Assembly: GCA_963643405.1 (NCBI GenBank)
Contig: CAVIKC010000001.1
Span: forward strand, 63,598-127,597
Origin: Succinivibrio sp.
Lineage (GTDB): Bacteria; Actinomycetota; Coriobacteriia; Coriobacteriales; Eggerthellaceae
Direction: 5' to 3'
DNA: 64,000 nucleotides
Shown one piece after another: positions 56,439 through 64,000 of this stretch. Every line of letters starts with the position of its first letter. The first letter of the stretch is position 1. A program made the translations under genes and the position numbers. The notes beneath the pieces are model-generated. The model was not told the origin of the DNA. It saw only the letters and a list, made by a program, of their open reading frames with translations, and made no database searches.

Positions 56439-56857
56439 GAGCAGATGGTCTCTTCCCCGAAGCGGTACAGCTCTTCTTCCGTTCTCTGCAACGAGTAGCC
56501 ATGTTTGACGGAGAAGATGATGATGGCATCTCGCCTGTTCTTGCAGTAGAGCCCATTGGCACCAGCTGCCTGAAGAAGACGATCGGTTTCCCGCAGGTCC
56601 AGCCCCATGGCGAAGGCGATCTGAAGAACCTTGTTACGCGAAGCCTTGCGCGTTCCCTTAAAGATCTGATAGCCGAAGGTGTTGTTCAGCCCAGCATCCC
56701 GAACGACTGCCGACTGCTTCAGCCCCTTCTCGTTAAGGAGCTGCTGAAGATACTCGGAAAGGGAACGTTCGCCAACTGCGGTATTGCCGACAAAGCTGTC
56801 GATAGAAGGCGAAGAAAGAAGCTCGCTGAGCAGCTCCTCGGTCAAAGGCTCCTCCAT
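56435..56857 (-). CDS. XRE-family helix-turn-helix protein
   Basis: HTH core SLSEYLQQLLNEKGLKQSAVVRDAGLNNTFGYQIFKG. GAAGGAGG RBS. Its stop overlaps the kinase ATG (ATGA). Confidence 0.8.
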   Translation of the reverse strand: MEEPLTEELLSELLSSPSIDSFVGNTAVGERSLSEYLQQLLNEKGLKQSAVVRDAGLNNTFGYQIFKGTRKASRNKVLQIAFAMGLDLRETDRLLQAAGANGLYCKNRRDAIIIFSVKHGYSLQRTEEELYRFGEETICS

Positions 56858-56946
56858 GCGGCGCTTCCTCCTTCGTCACCATTTCGCATCCGAGATCATT
56901 CTAATGCCAATAGAGTCGTTGACGGAGGGAGCGCCGAAAAAGGGTG

Positions 56947-57516
56947 CTACAGGTTGGCGATTGCGTAATCAGCTTCTTCCTCAGTGAACTTCTCGCCGTA
57001 TTCACTAGTGAGCTGGTCATGGATGGCCGAAGGAGACATGCTCATCTGATCCTGATAGGTTTTTGCCTTCGCAAGGGCATTGGCGTTCCAGTCGGCTTTC
57101 ACGTTATCGATAGCATACTGAGCTGCTTCAACAGAGAACTTTTCACCGTACTCGCTTGTGAGCTGGTCATAAAGTCCTTGTTTGGACAGGTGCATTGCGT
57201 TGGCGTACGTGTCGGCTTTCTTCAATGCAGATCTATACTCAGTCGGTACATCAGCGGCCTTGGTCTCCGAAGAAGCCGTGCTCGATTCGGGCAATGCCTG
57301 TGACTCGCTGGAGGCAGCTTGTGTCGAGCTGGAAGCGGAACCTGATGAAGAGATCTGCGAGCCTCCTGGAGCGGCTCCAGCACCCGCTGCAGCGCAAACG
57401 ATCACTACTACAATGATCCAGAACCAGACACGCTTATATATGGGTTTCTTCGCTGGAACGGCTGGGCCAGCTGAATTCGCGTCGGGCTGCTGTGATGCCT
57501 GATTGTCGTTGCTCAT
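56947..57516 (-). CDS. Ltp-family (host cell surface-exposed lipoprotein-like) protein with N-terminal membrane anchor
   Basis: TM helix VWFWIIVVVIVCAAAG, a Ser-rich linker, and two Ltp-type repeats each ending in DQLTSEYGEKF..A.YAI.N. I use the start at ATG 57516. Confidence 0.8.
   Translation of the reverse strand: MSNDNQASQQPDANSAGPAVPAKKPIYKRVWFWIIVVVIVCAAAGAGAAPGGSQISSSGSASSSTQAASSESQALPESSTASSETKAADVPTEYRSALKKADTYANAMHLSKQGLYDQLTSEYGEKFSVEAAQYAIDNVKADWNANALAKAKTYQDQMSMSPSAIHDQLTSEYGEKFTEEEADYAIANL
56950..57240 (-). repeat. tandem internal duplication (2 x ~47 codons, 150-nt period) encoding the two Ltp repeats
   Basis: Protein repeats aa 109-155 and 159-205 of the ORF share DQLTSEYGEKF. 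The DNA shares GTGAGCTGGTCAT in both copies. Confidence 0.7.
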
Positions 57517-57834
57517 ACTATTCCTTCCCTCAAAGAGCCATCGCATAACCGCAGATGACGCCATTACTGTTGAGGGAAAAGATATAGGAACCAGGAACGG
57601 GATTCATTAGCTGGCAGCTAAAAGGACCTGATGTCACACTGAAATACGCTATTGGACCCTATAATACATTCCCGCACATGAAGTGCCATTTTTTCAGAAG
57701 CACGATATGATCCCATAGAACCTTGCAAGACGCTCTGCTAAGTCACCTTTGTACCGATATCTGTACCACCTGCAGTATCGAGCACATCGCTCATAAGAAC
57801 CAAGAAATTGGACCTTACGGAAGCCACCCGTCGA

Positions 57835-58137
57835 CTATTCATCCCAAGGATGCGAGGTAAGATGCCAGCCATCGCAGTAGGGGCAACGATAGATAGAAAG
57901 GCCGGTGCGGCCATTTTCCTCGCACCAAGCAAGGTTTTCCTCGGCCTCGGCACGCGATGCGTAGCGGTTCTTCGAACCACATGCCTTGTGCTTCCGAGCG
58001 GCGTCCTTTTCGGCTTCCATCTTGTCGCGGCGTGCGCCCTCACGGGCGAAAGCCCCGTCCAACGAGGCGAAAGGATCAAGGCTCGCAGAGAATTCTGCTT
58101 TCTGCTTCGACCAAGCTGAACGCTTCTTGCTGCCCAT
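57835..58137 (-). CDS. small zinc-ribbon-like protein, 100 aa, hypothetical
   Basis: GAAGGAGG RBS 4 nt before the ATG. The C-terminal motif is KACGSKNRYASRAEAE...IYRCPYCDGWHLTS (C ... CxxC ... H). Confidence 0.6.
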   Translation of the reverse strand: MGSKKRSAWSKQKAEFSASLDPFASLDGAFAREGARRDKMEAEKDAARKHKACGSKNRYASRAEAEENLAWCEENGRTGLSIYRCPYCDGWHLTSHPWDE

Positions 58138-58231
58138 GATGCCTCCTTCGATCCACGCACTCAGCTTACCAAAGAGATATACCGCTCATCGTATTCCGCC
58201 AACAATAATGATCTGAAATATCTAACTCCAG

Positions 58232-58261
58232 AAAAAAGGAAGGGCCCCGAAGGGCCCTTCC
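58232..58261 (-). terminator. rho-independent terminator of ppdK
   Basis: On the minus strand, GGAAGGGCCC-ttcg-GGGCCCTTCC is followed by TTTTTT. Confidence 0.7.
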
Positions 58262-58290
58262 CGGAAAGAAACGAAGCGAAAACGCTTAGC

Positions 58291-61011
58291 TTACTTGTTT
58301 GCCAAAGCAGCATGAGCTGCTGCAAGGCGTGCCAGGGGCACACGGTACGGGGAGCAGCTTACGTAATCAAGGCCGATGCCGTAGAAGGTCTTGATGGAAT
58401 CCGGGTCGCCGCCATGCTCGCCGCAGACACCGCAAACGATGTCGGGGTTGCCCTGATGACCCAGCTCAACGCCCATCTTAACAAGCTTGGCAACGCCGGG
58501 GTCTACCGTAGCGAAGGGGTTGTAGGGCAGGATGCGCTCAGCAAGGTACTGGGAGATGAACTCTGCCTCTACGTCGTCGCGGGAGAAGCCGAACGTGGTC
58601 TGGGTAAGGTCGTTGGTACCGAAGCTGAAGAAGTCTGCCTTGGTGGCAATCTCGTCGGCGGTAACGGCTGCACGCGGAAGCTCGATCATGGTGCCGATCT
58701 TGATGTCCAGCTCCACGCCCTGCTCGCTGGCAACCTCGGCGATAACGCCTTCTGCCTGCTGGCGCAGCTTTGCCAGCTCGGGAACAACGGAGACCAGCGG
58801 GATCATGATCTCGGGCTGCGGGTTCAGGCCTTCCTTCTTAAGCTCGGCAGCAGCGGTTGCGATGGCGCGAACCTGCATCTCTGCCAAGATGGGGTACTTG
58901 ATTGCCAGGCGGCAACCACGCAGGCCCAGCATGGGGTTGGCCTCTGCGAAGGAGTCGATCTGCTCCATAAGGGCGCGCTTCTTCTCGATAACCGCAGCGT
59001 CGCCGCCGGTAGCCTCGAGGCGCGCGATCTCTACATCGAGGGCACGTGCGGACTCCAGGAACTCATGCAGCGGCGGATCAAGCAGGCGAACGATAACCGG
59101 CAGGCCGTCCATAGCACGGAACATGCCCAAGAAGTCGCCCGTCTGAGCCTTGAACAGATCGGCGCAGGCCTTCTCGCGGATGGACTCGTCGTCGTTCAGG
59201 ATGAAGGTCTGGATGATCTGCTTGCGCTCGCCCAGGAACATATGCTCGGTACGGCAAAGGCCGATGCCCTGTGCGCCGAAGTCGCGGGCAAGCTGAGCAT
59301 CCTCGGGGTTGTCGGCGTTGGCGCGAACACCCATGGTGCGGAACTCGTCTGCCCATTCAAGGATGGTGTCAAGGTCGCCGGCGAGCTCGGGCTGAACCAG
59401 CTCGACTGCGCCCAGCACAACGATACCGGTGGTACCGTCCAGCGAGATCATGTCGCCTTCCTTGATAACGATATCGGTGCCGGTGATAGCCGCCTGCTTT
59501 GCTTCGGCATCGATCTTCAGTGCATCTACGCCGCAGACACACGGTGCACCCATGCCACGGGCGATAACGGCTGCATGGGAAGTCTTGCCACCATGGGAGG
59601 TGAGCACGCCTTCGGCAGCGATCATGCCGGCAAGGTCGTCGGGAGTGGTTTCCCAGCGAACCAGAACGGTCTTGCGACCTTCCTTGGCTGCAGCGACGGC
59701 ATCCTCGGCGGAGAACACGGCTTCGCCCACGGCAGCGCCGGGGGATGCGTTCAGGCCCTTGGCGACAACATCGTAGTCAGCCTTGGCATCGAACTGCGGG
59801 TGAAGCAGCTGGTCGAGCTGCTCGGGGTCTACGCGCTGGACAGCCTCTTCCTTGGTGATGAGGCCTTCCTGCTCCATCTCGATGGCAATATGGAGTGCGG
59901 CGGCAGCAGTGCGCTTGCCCACACGGGTCTGCAGCATCCACAGCTTGCCCTGCTCGATGGTGAACTCGATGTCGCACATATCGCGGAAATGGTTTTCCAG
60001 GATGGTGAACACCTCTTCGAGCTCACGACCGGCTTCTTCAAGACCAGGCGTGTTCTTGAGCTCGGCAATGGGGCTGGTGTTGCGGATACCTGCAACAACG
60101 TCTTCGCCCTGGGCGTTTACCAGATAGTCGCCGTAGAATTCCTTTTCACCGTTTGCGGGATTGCGGGTGAACGCAACGCCGGTGGCGGAAGTGTTGCCCT
60201 TGTTGCCGAAGATCATGGACTGCACGTTCACTGCCGTGCCCAGATCATCGGAGATCTTGTTCTGCTTGCGGTACAGGATTGCGCGGGGGTTGTTCCAGCT
60301 GCCGAACACGGCCTCGATTGCCAGCTGCAGCTGAGTGTCGGGGCTCTGCGGGAACTGGACCTGGCCGTCTACGACGAGGGAAGGATACTCCTCGGCGCTG
60401 ACGTTCTCAGTGAAGATCTTCTTGAACTCAGCCACGAGCTCCTGCAGGTCTTCTGCGGTAAGGTCCGTATCGGACTCGACGCCGCGACTGCGCTTCATTA
60501 TGTTGATGGCATTCTCGAACAGATCGCCGTCGAGTCCCATAACAACATTGGAGAACATCTGGATGAAGCGACGATAGGAGTCCCATGCGAAGCGGGGGTT
60601 TTCCGTCTGCTTGATAAGGCCGTTGATGGACTGATCGTTCAAACCGAGGTTCAAAACGGTGTCCATCATGCCCGGCATGGACATGGGGGCACCGGAGCGA
60701 ACGGAGACCAGCAGCGGATCCTCCGCATCGCCGATCTTCTTGCCGATGCGCTGCTCAAGGTCGAGTCGGTATTCCTGGATAGTGTCAAGAACGCCCTCAG
60801 GCCACGTGTTGTCAGAGTTTGCGTACTCCATACACGTCTGGCAGGAAATCGTGAATCCCGGAGGCACCGGCAGGCCGATGTTGGCCATCTCGGCGAGGTT
60901 CGCGCCCTTGCCGCCGAGGATGGGCTTCATGTTGGTGTTGCCCTCCGTAACGTTCTTGCCGTTTGCGTCCTTGCCGAATGCGTAGACGCGCTTAAGTTGG
61001 TCCGTCACCAT
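58291..61011 (-). CDS. ppdK: pyruvate, phosphate dikinase
   Basis: 906 aa with an ATP-grasp N-terminus, phospho-His swivel region GGKTSHAAVIARGMG and a PEP-utilising TIM barrel (FFSFGTNDLTQ). Confidence 0.95.
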   Translation of the reverse strand: MVTDQLKRVYAFGKDANGKNVTEGNTNMKPILGGKGANLAEMANIGLPVPPGFTISCQTCMEYANSDNTWPEGVLDTIQEYRLDLEQRIGKKIGDAEDPLLVSVRSGAPMSMPGMMDTVLNLGLNDQSINGLIKQTENPRFAWDSYRRFIQMFSNVVMGLDGDLFENAINIMKRSRGVESDTDLTAEDLQELVAEFKKIFTENVSAEEYPSLVVDGQVQFPQSPDTQLQLAIEAVFGSWNNPRAILYRKQNKISDDLGTAVNVQSMIFGNKGNTSATGVAFTRNPANGEKEFYGDYLVNAQGEDVVAGIRNTSPIAELKNTPGLEEAGRELEEVFTILENHFRDMCDIEFTIEQGKLWMLQTRVGKRTAAAALHIAIEMEQEGLITKEEAVQRVDPEQLDQLLHPQFDAKADYDVVAKGLNASPGAAVGEAVFSAEDAVAAAKEGRKTVLVRWETTPDDLAGMIAAEGVLTSHGGKTSHAAVIARGMGAPCVCGVDALKIDAEAKQAAITGTDIVIKEGDMISLDGTTGIVVLGAVELVQPELAGDLDTILEWADEFRTMGVRANADNPEDAQLARDFGAQGIGLCRTEHMFLGERKQIIQTFILNDDESIREKACADLFKAQTGDFLGMFRAMDGLPVIVRLLDPPLHEFLESARALDVEIARLEATGGDAAVIEKKRALMEQIDSFAEANPMLGLRGCRLAIKYPILAEMQVRAIATAAAELKKEGLNPQPEIMIPLVSVVPELAKLRQQAEGVIAEVASEQGVELDIKIGTMIELPRAAVTADEIATKADFFSFGTNDLTQTTFGFSRDDVEAEFISQYLAERILPYNPFATVDPGVAKLVKMGVELGHQGNPDIVCGVCGEHGGDPDSIKTFYGIGLDYVSCSPYRVPLARLAAAHAALANK

Positions 61012-61038
61012 CTTCTCCTTAGACTAAACGTTTCTCTC

Positions 61039-61926
61039 TCAATCCCGCGGCGCAAAGACCTGTGGGTGAGCGTTCTCATAATATCGTAAAATCTCTTGCG
61101 CTGTTTCTTCGATAGCCCTGTTATCAGTGCGAACAACGATGCAACCGAGCTTCCTCATCAGTGCTCTGGCGCTTTCCAAATCCTGGTACACACACTCCAA
61201 ATCTGCATATGAGGCAGCCACATTGCTGGCATTTCCCAGACGCCTCTTGCGTATATCCGAAAGGATTTCTGGGGAGATGATCAAGCCGAACAAGCGCGTT
61301 GGATCAACTTCGTAAATCTCTTTAGGCGGCTCGCTTTGGGGGTCGAGCGGCACATTGGCCACACGGTAACCCATCTGCGAAAGGTAGATGGAAAGCGGCG
61401 TTTTCGATGAGCGGGACACGCCGATAAGGACGATGTCGGCCTCGGGAAGGTCTTGCGGGTTGCGCCCGTCGTCGTGGGAAATAGTGAACTCCATGGCCTC
61501 GATGCGGCGGAAGTAGTACTCATTCACCGAATGCAGGCGACCCGGTTCGTTAAGCGGGCTTTTGCCCGTAGCAAGGGAAAGCGCGTTCAGGGCATTGCCC
61601 ATAAGGTCGACACCGAGGATCTGATCGGGATGCCGCTCGATGTACTCGCCCATCGCATTTCGCATCTTCTCGTCAACCAAGGTATAGAACACCACAAAGG
61701 GAGTGAAACCGCGGCTTACATGGAAGTCATAGTGGGCATTCAGCTCTTCGATCATGCTTTCAGGCGAAACCACGCGCGGCAGGATCTCGATAGCCGGATC
61801 GAACACCTCGAAGCTCGCGGCCGCAGCGCGCACTAAGGTTTGCGCGGTAGTGCCTACCGAGTCGGATACGACGTGTATCACCGGAAAGCCATCATGGGCT
61901 TTGCCTTGGGTCATCCAATTCTGCAT
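61039..61926 (-). CDS. pyruvate, phosphate dikinase regulatory protein (bifunctional kinase/pyrophosphorylase, DUF299)
   Basis: P-loop GVSRSSKTPLS. It lies immediately upstream of ppdK (27-nt gap). Confidence 0.9.
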   Translation of the reverse strand: MQNWMTQGKAHDGFPVIHVVSDSVGTTAQTLVRAAAASFEVFDPAIEILPRVVSPESMIEELNAHYDFHVSRGFTPFVVFYTLVDEKMRNAMGEYIERHPDQILGVDLMGNALNALSLATGKSPLNEPGRLHSVNEYYFRRIEAMEFTISHDDGRNPQDLPEADIVLIGVSRSSKTPLSIYLSQMGYRVANVPLDPQSEPPKEIYEVDPTRLFGLIISPEILSDIRKRRLGNASNVAASYADLECVYQDLESARALMRKLGCIVVRTDNRAIEETAQEILRYYENAHPQVFAPRD

Positions 61927-61940
61927 CTTAACCTCCCCTT

Positions 61941-61969
61941 AGAAAGGAAACGGCCCCAAACGGGGCCGC
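61941..61969 (-). terminator. stem-loop/terminator after glyS
   Basis: On the minus strand, CGGCCCC-gttt-GGGGCCG is followed by TTTCCTTTCT. Confidence 0.5.
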
Positions 61970-61981
61970 ATTTTCCAACGA

Positions 61982-64000
61982 TTACTTCGCCTTAGAAAGC
62001 AGCGAGAAGTCGGCCACGTTGGCGAAAACGCCAACGAAACGGTTCAACAGCCGCAGACGGTTCTGGCGGAGTGCCGTATCCTCGTCCATGACCATCACCT
62101 CAGCGAAAAACGCGTCGATAGGCTTGCGAAGCGACGCGAGCTTTGCCAATGCACCCTCATAGTCGTTCGAAGACAGTGCTTGGGCGACCGCAGTCTCTGC
62201 CGATGAGACCGCTTCCAGCAGCTGCTTTTCCACTGGGGCAAGCAGGGACTCGTCCACCTGGGCGCCCAGATCCCCTTCACGCAGGTTGTTCGCGCGGGCA
62301 TGAGCGGTAGCCAGGTCCTCGAATGCCTCGGGCTGTTCGCTGCGTGCGGCCTCAAGGGCGCGAACGCGGCTGATAAGCTCTACGGGCTCGCGTATGCCTG
62401 CAGCCAAAACCGCATCGATGGCGTCTGGACTGCTGCCGCCATCGCGCAACATGACCTTGGTGCGGGTGACGAAGAAATCAACAACCTGCGAAAGGGCTTC
62501 TTCCCTATCGAAGGAGATACCCTGATCGGCATAGGAATCAAGAGAGGCTTCGATGGCAGGCACCAGCTGAACGTCGACGTCGTCGCACTGCAGCATGGCA
62601 ACAATGCCGATGGCGCTGCGGCGCAGGGCGAACGGATCCGAGGAGCCGGTAGGGCCTTGGCCGACAGCGAACAGACCGCACACCGTATCAAGCTTGTCGG
62701 CAATGGCCACGATCTTGCCGACTGCCGTTTCCGGAACCTCATCACCGGCAAAACGCGGGCGATAATGCTGCTGAATGGCCTGGGCAACCTGCTCGGTTTC
62801 CCCGCTGGCCGCAGCGTAGTAGCTGCCCATAACGCCCTGTACGCTGGTGAACTCGATTACCGCGCTGGTTACCAGGTCCGCCTTGCACAGGTGCGCAGCA
62901 CGCTCCACATCGGAGAGATCTTGGCCGGAAATGCCCGAATCCTTGGCAAGGTGATCGGCAAGGCACTCGATACGCACCGTCTTGTCCAGAACCGTGCCCA
63001 GCTTTTCCTGGAACACCACTTCGCCCAAACGAGCCACATAGGCTTCCAAGGGCTGCTTGAGGTCCTCGTCGTAGAAGAACTTCGCATCGTAGAGACGCGC
63101 GCGAACCACACGCTCGTTGCCATCGATGATGGTATCGGAGCAGGCAGGATCGCCGTTACCCACCACGATAAAGCGGTTGGTGAGCTTGCCGTCCTTGTCG
63201 TAGAGCGGGAAATAGCGCTGGTGCATGAGCATGGCGTCCACGATGATTTCCTCGGGAACCTGCAGGAACTCCTTGTCGAAAGTGCCCACCAGAACCGTGG
63301 GATACTCAGCAAGATTGGTAACCTCTACCAGGGTTTTCTGCGGCAGAACGGCTGTATAGCCGGTTTCGGCTTCTGCCTTGGCAACGCCTTCGCGGATTAC
63401 TGCCTCACGCTCCTCCTGGGAGGGGACTACGTAGGCCTTGCGAACCACATCGACCAACTCATCGGCGCTGGCAATCTCGAAGGGGCCAGGGGCAAGGAAG
63501 CGATGACCACGCGTGAGCCTGCCGGCATCAAGCCCGGCAAAGCGGAAATCCACCACTTCGGTGCCGAACAACGCCACAAACCAGCGGATGGGGCGCGTGA
63601 AATACTCGTTCTGGGAGCCCCAGCGCTGGGAGCGCGGCCAAGAGATGCCGCGGACAATCGAATCCAGCACAGAGGGGATAAGGGTGACCACCTGTACGGA
63701 AGGGGTGCACGTGCGCGCATACACGTAACCGTCTTCAACAACCAGCTGGGAAGCATCGATGCCTTTGCCGCGGGCAAAGCCCTGCGCAGCCTTGGTGGGA
63801 TTGCCGTCCCCATCGAATGCGATCTTGGCGGAAGGGCCCTTGAACACCTCGTTCTTTTCCTCAGTCGCGGCAGGAATGCCCTCGGCCATCACGATAAGAC
63901 GACGCGGAGAGCTGTAGATGTTCACCTGTCCATGGGGAATTGCGGCGTTGTCCAGCAGTTCCGGGACAAGCTTTTCAAGCTGCTTGACGGCATTGGCAAG
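61982..64000 (-). CDS. glyS: glycine--tRNA ligase beta subunit (N-terminus beyond the right window edge)
   Basis: The frame stays open to position 64000 (LANAVKQLEKLVPELLDNAAIPHGQVNIYSSPRRL). GlyS blocks RWFVALFG and a C-terminal anticodon-binding region are present. Confidence 0.92.
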   Translation of the reverse strand, partial: LANAVKQLEKLVPELLDNAAIPHGQVNIYSSPRRLIVMAEGIPAATEEKNEVFKGPSAKIAFDGDGNPTKAAQGFARGKGIDASQLVVEDGYVYARTCTPSVQVVTLIPSVLDSIVRGISWPRSQRWGSQNEYFTRPIRWFVALFGTEVVDFRFAGLDAGRLTRGHRFLAPGPFEIASADELVDVVRKAYVVPSQEEREAVIREGVAKAEAETGYTAVLPQKTLVEVTNLAEYPTVLVGTFDKEFLQVPEEIIVDAMLMHQRYFPLYDKDGKLTNRFIVVGNGDPACSDTIIDGNERVVRARLYDAKFFYDEDLKQPLEAYVARLGEVVFQEKLGTVLDKTVRIECLADHLAKDSGISGQDLSDVERAAHLCKADLVTSAVIEFTSVQGVMGSYYAAASGETEQVAQAIQQHYRPRFAGDEVPETAVGKIVAIADKLDTVCGLFAVGQGPTGSSDPFALRRSAIGIVAMLQCDDVDVQLVPAIEASLDSYADQGISFDREEALSQVVDFFVTRTKVMLRDGGSSPDAIDAVLAAGIREPVELISRVRALEAARSEQPEAFEDLATAHARANNLREGDLGAQVDESLLAPVEKQLLEAVSSAETAVAQALSSNDYEGALAKLASLRKPIDAFFAEVMVMDEDTALRQNRLRLLNRFVGVFANVADFSLLSKAK

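Noticed and set aside
58312-61089. 925-aa plus-strand ORF antisense to ppdK
   Set aside because: It is a shadow ORF of a highly codon-biased gene. The product is low-complexity, and it would also run across the ppdK / regulator intergenic gap without any start signal.

Overview
GC-rich (roughly 58-60% by eye) chromosomal segment that looks like a Coriobacteriia-type actinobacterium. This is an inference from the actinobacterial mihF-gmk-rpoZ block occurring alongside Firmicutes-like genes (class 3 FBPase, glyS beta subunit, UPF0210 and UPF0371 proteins). I count about 58 protein-coding genes and two tandem tRNA-Pro(GGG) genes. I found no rRNA, CRISPR array, transposase or integrase. Most of the window is housekeeping: rpoZ, gmk, mihF, fbp, luxS-mtnN, ung, apt, xpt-pbuX-coaBC, rluD-lspA-ileS, ligA, glmS-acpS-nnrD, infC-rpmI-rplT, ppdK with its regulator, and glyS. 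From about 25 kb onward almost every gene is on the minus strand. The best candidates for uncharacterised biology, in my order, are as follows. (1) A TetR-coupled 1533-aa single-chain BCR/HAD-type radical enzyme with two fused activator ATPases (35257-40517). (2) A circularly permuted ATP-grasp / alpha-E / transglutaminase cassette directly upstream of ileS (30205-33221). (3) A small accessory-looking islet between ppdK and infC (54879-58137) holding a zinc-ribbon protein, an Ltp-type surface protein and a translationally coupled XRE-HTH / membrane Hanks kinase pair. Smaller oddities are: a SemiSWEET-like 3-TM module fused to a USP domain; a PARG-like macrodomain with a variant catalytic signature; an alpha/beta hydrolase without its nucleophile serine; a trigger-factor-like protein without a PPIase domain; tandem tRNA-Pro genes with reciprocal acceptor-stem mismatches; a non-AUG infC start behind a leader terminator; and a 16-nt palindromic motif shared by two promoter regions. 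All functional calls come from motif recognition by eye. No database search was run.
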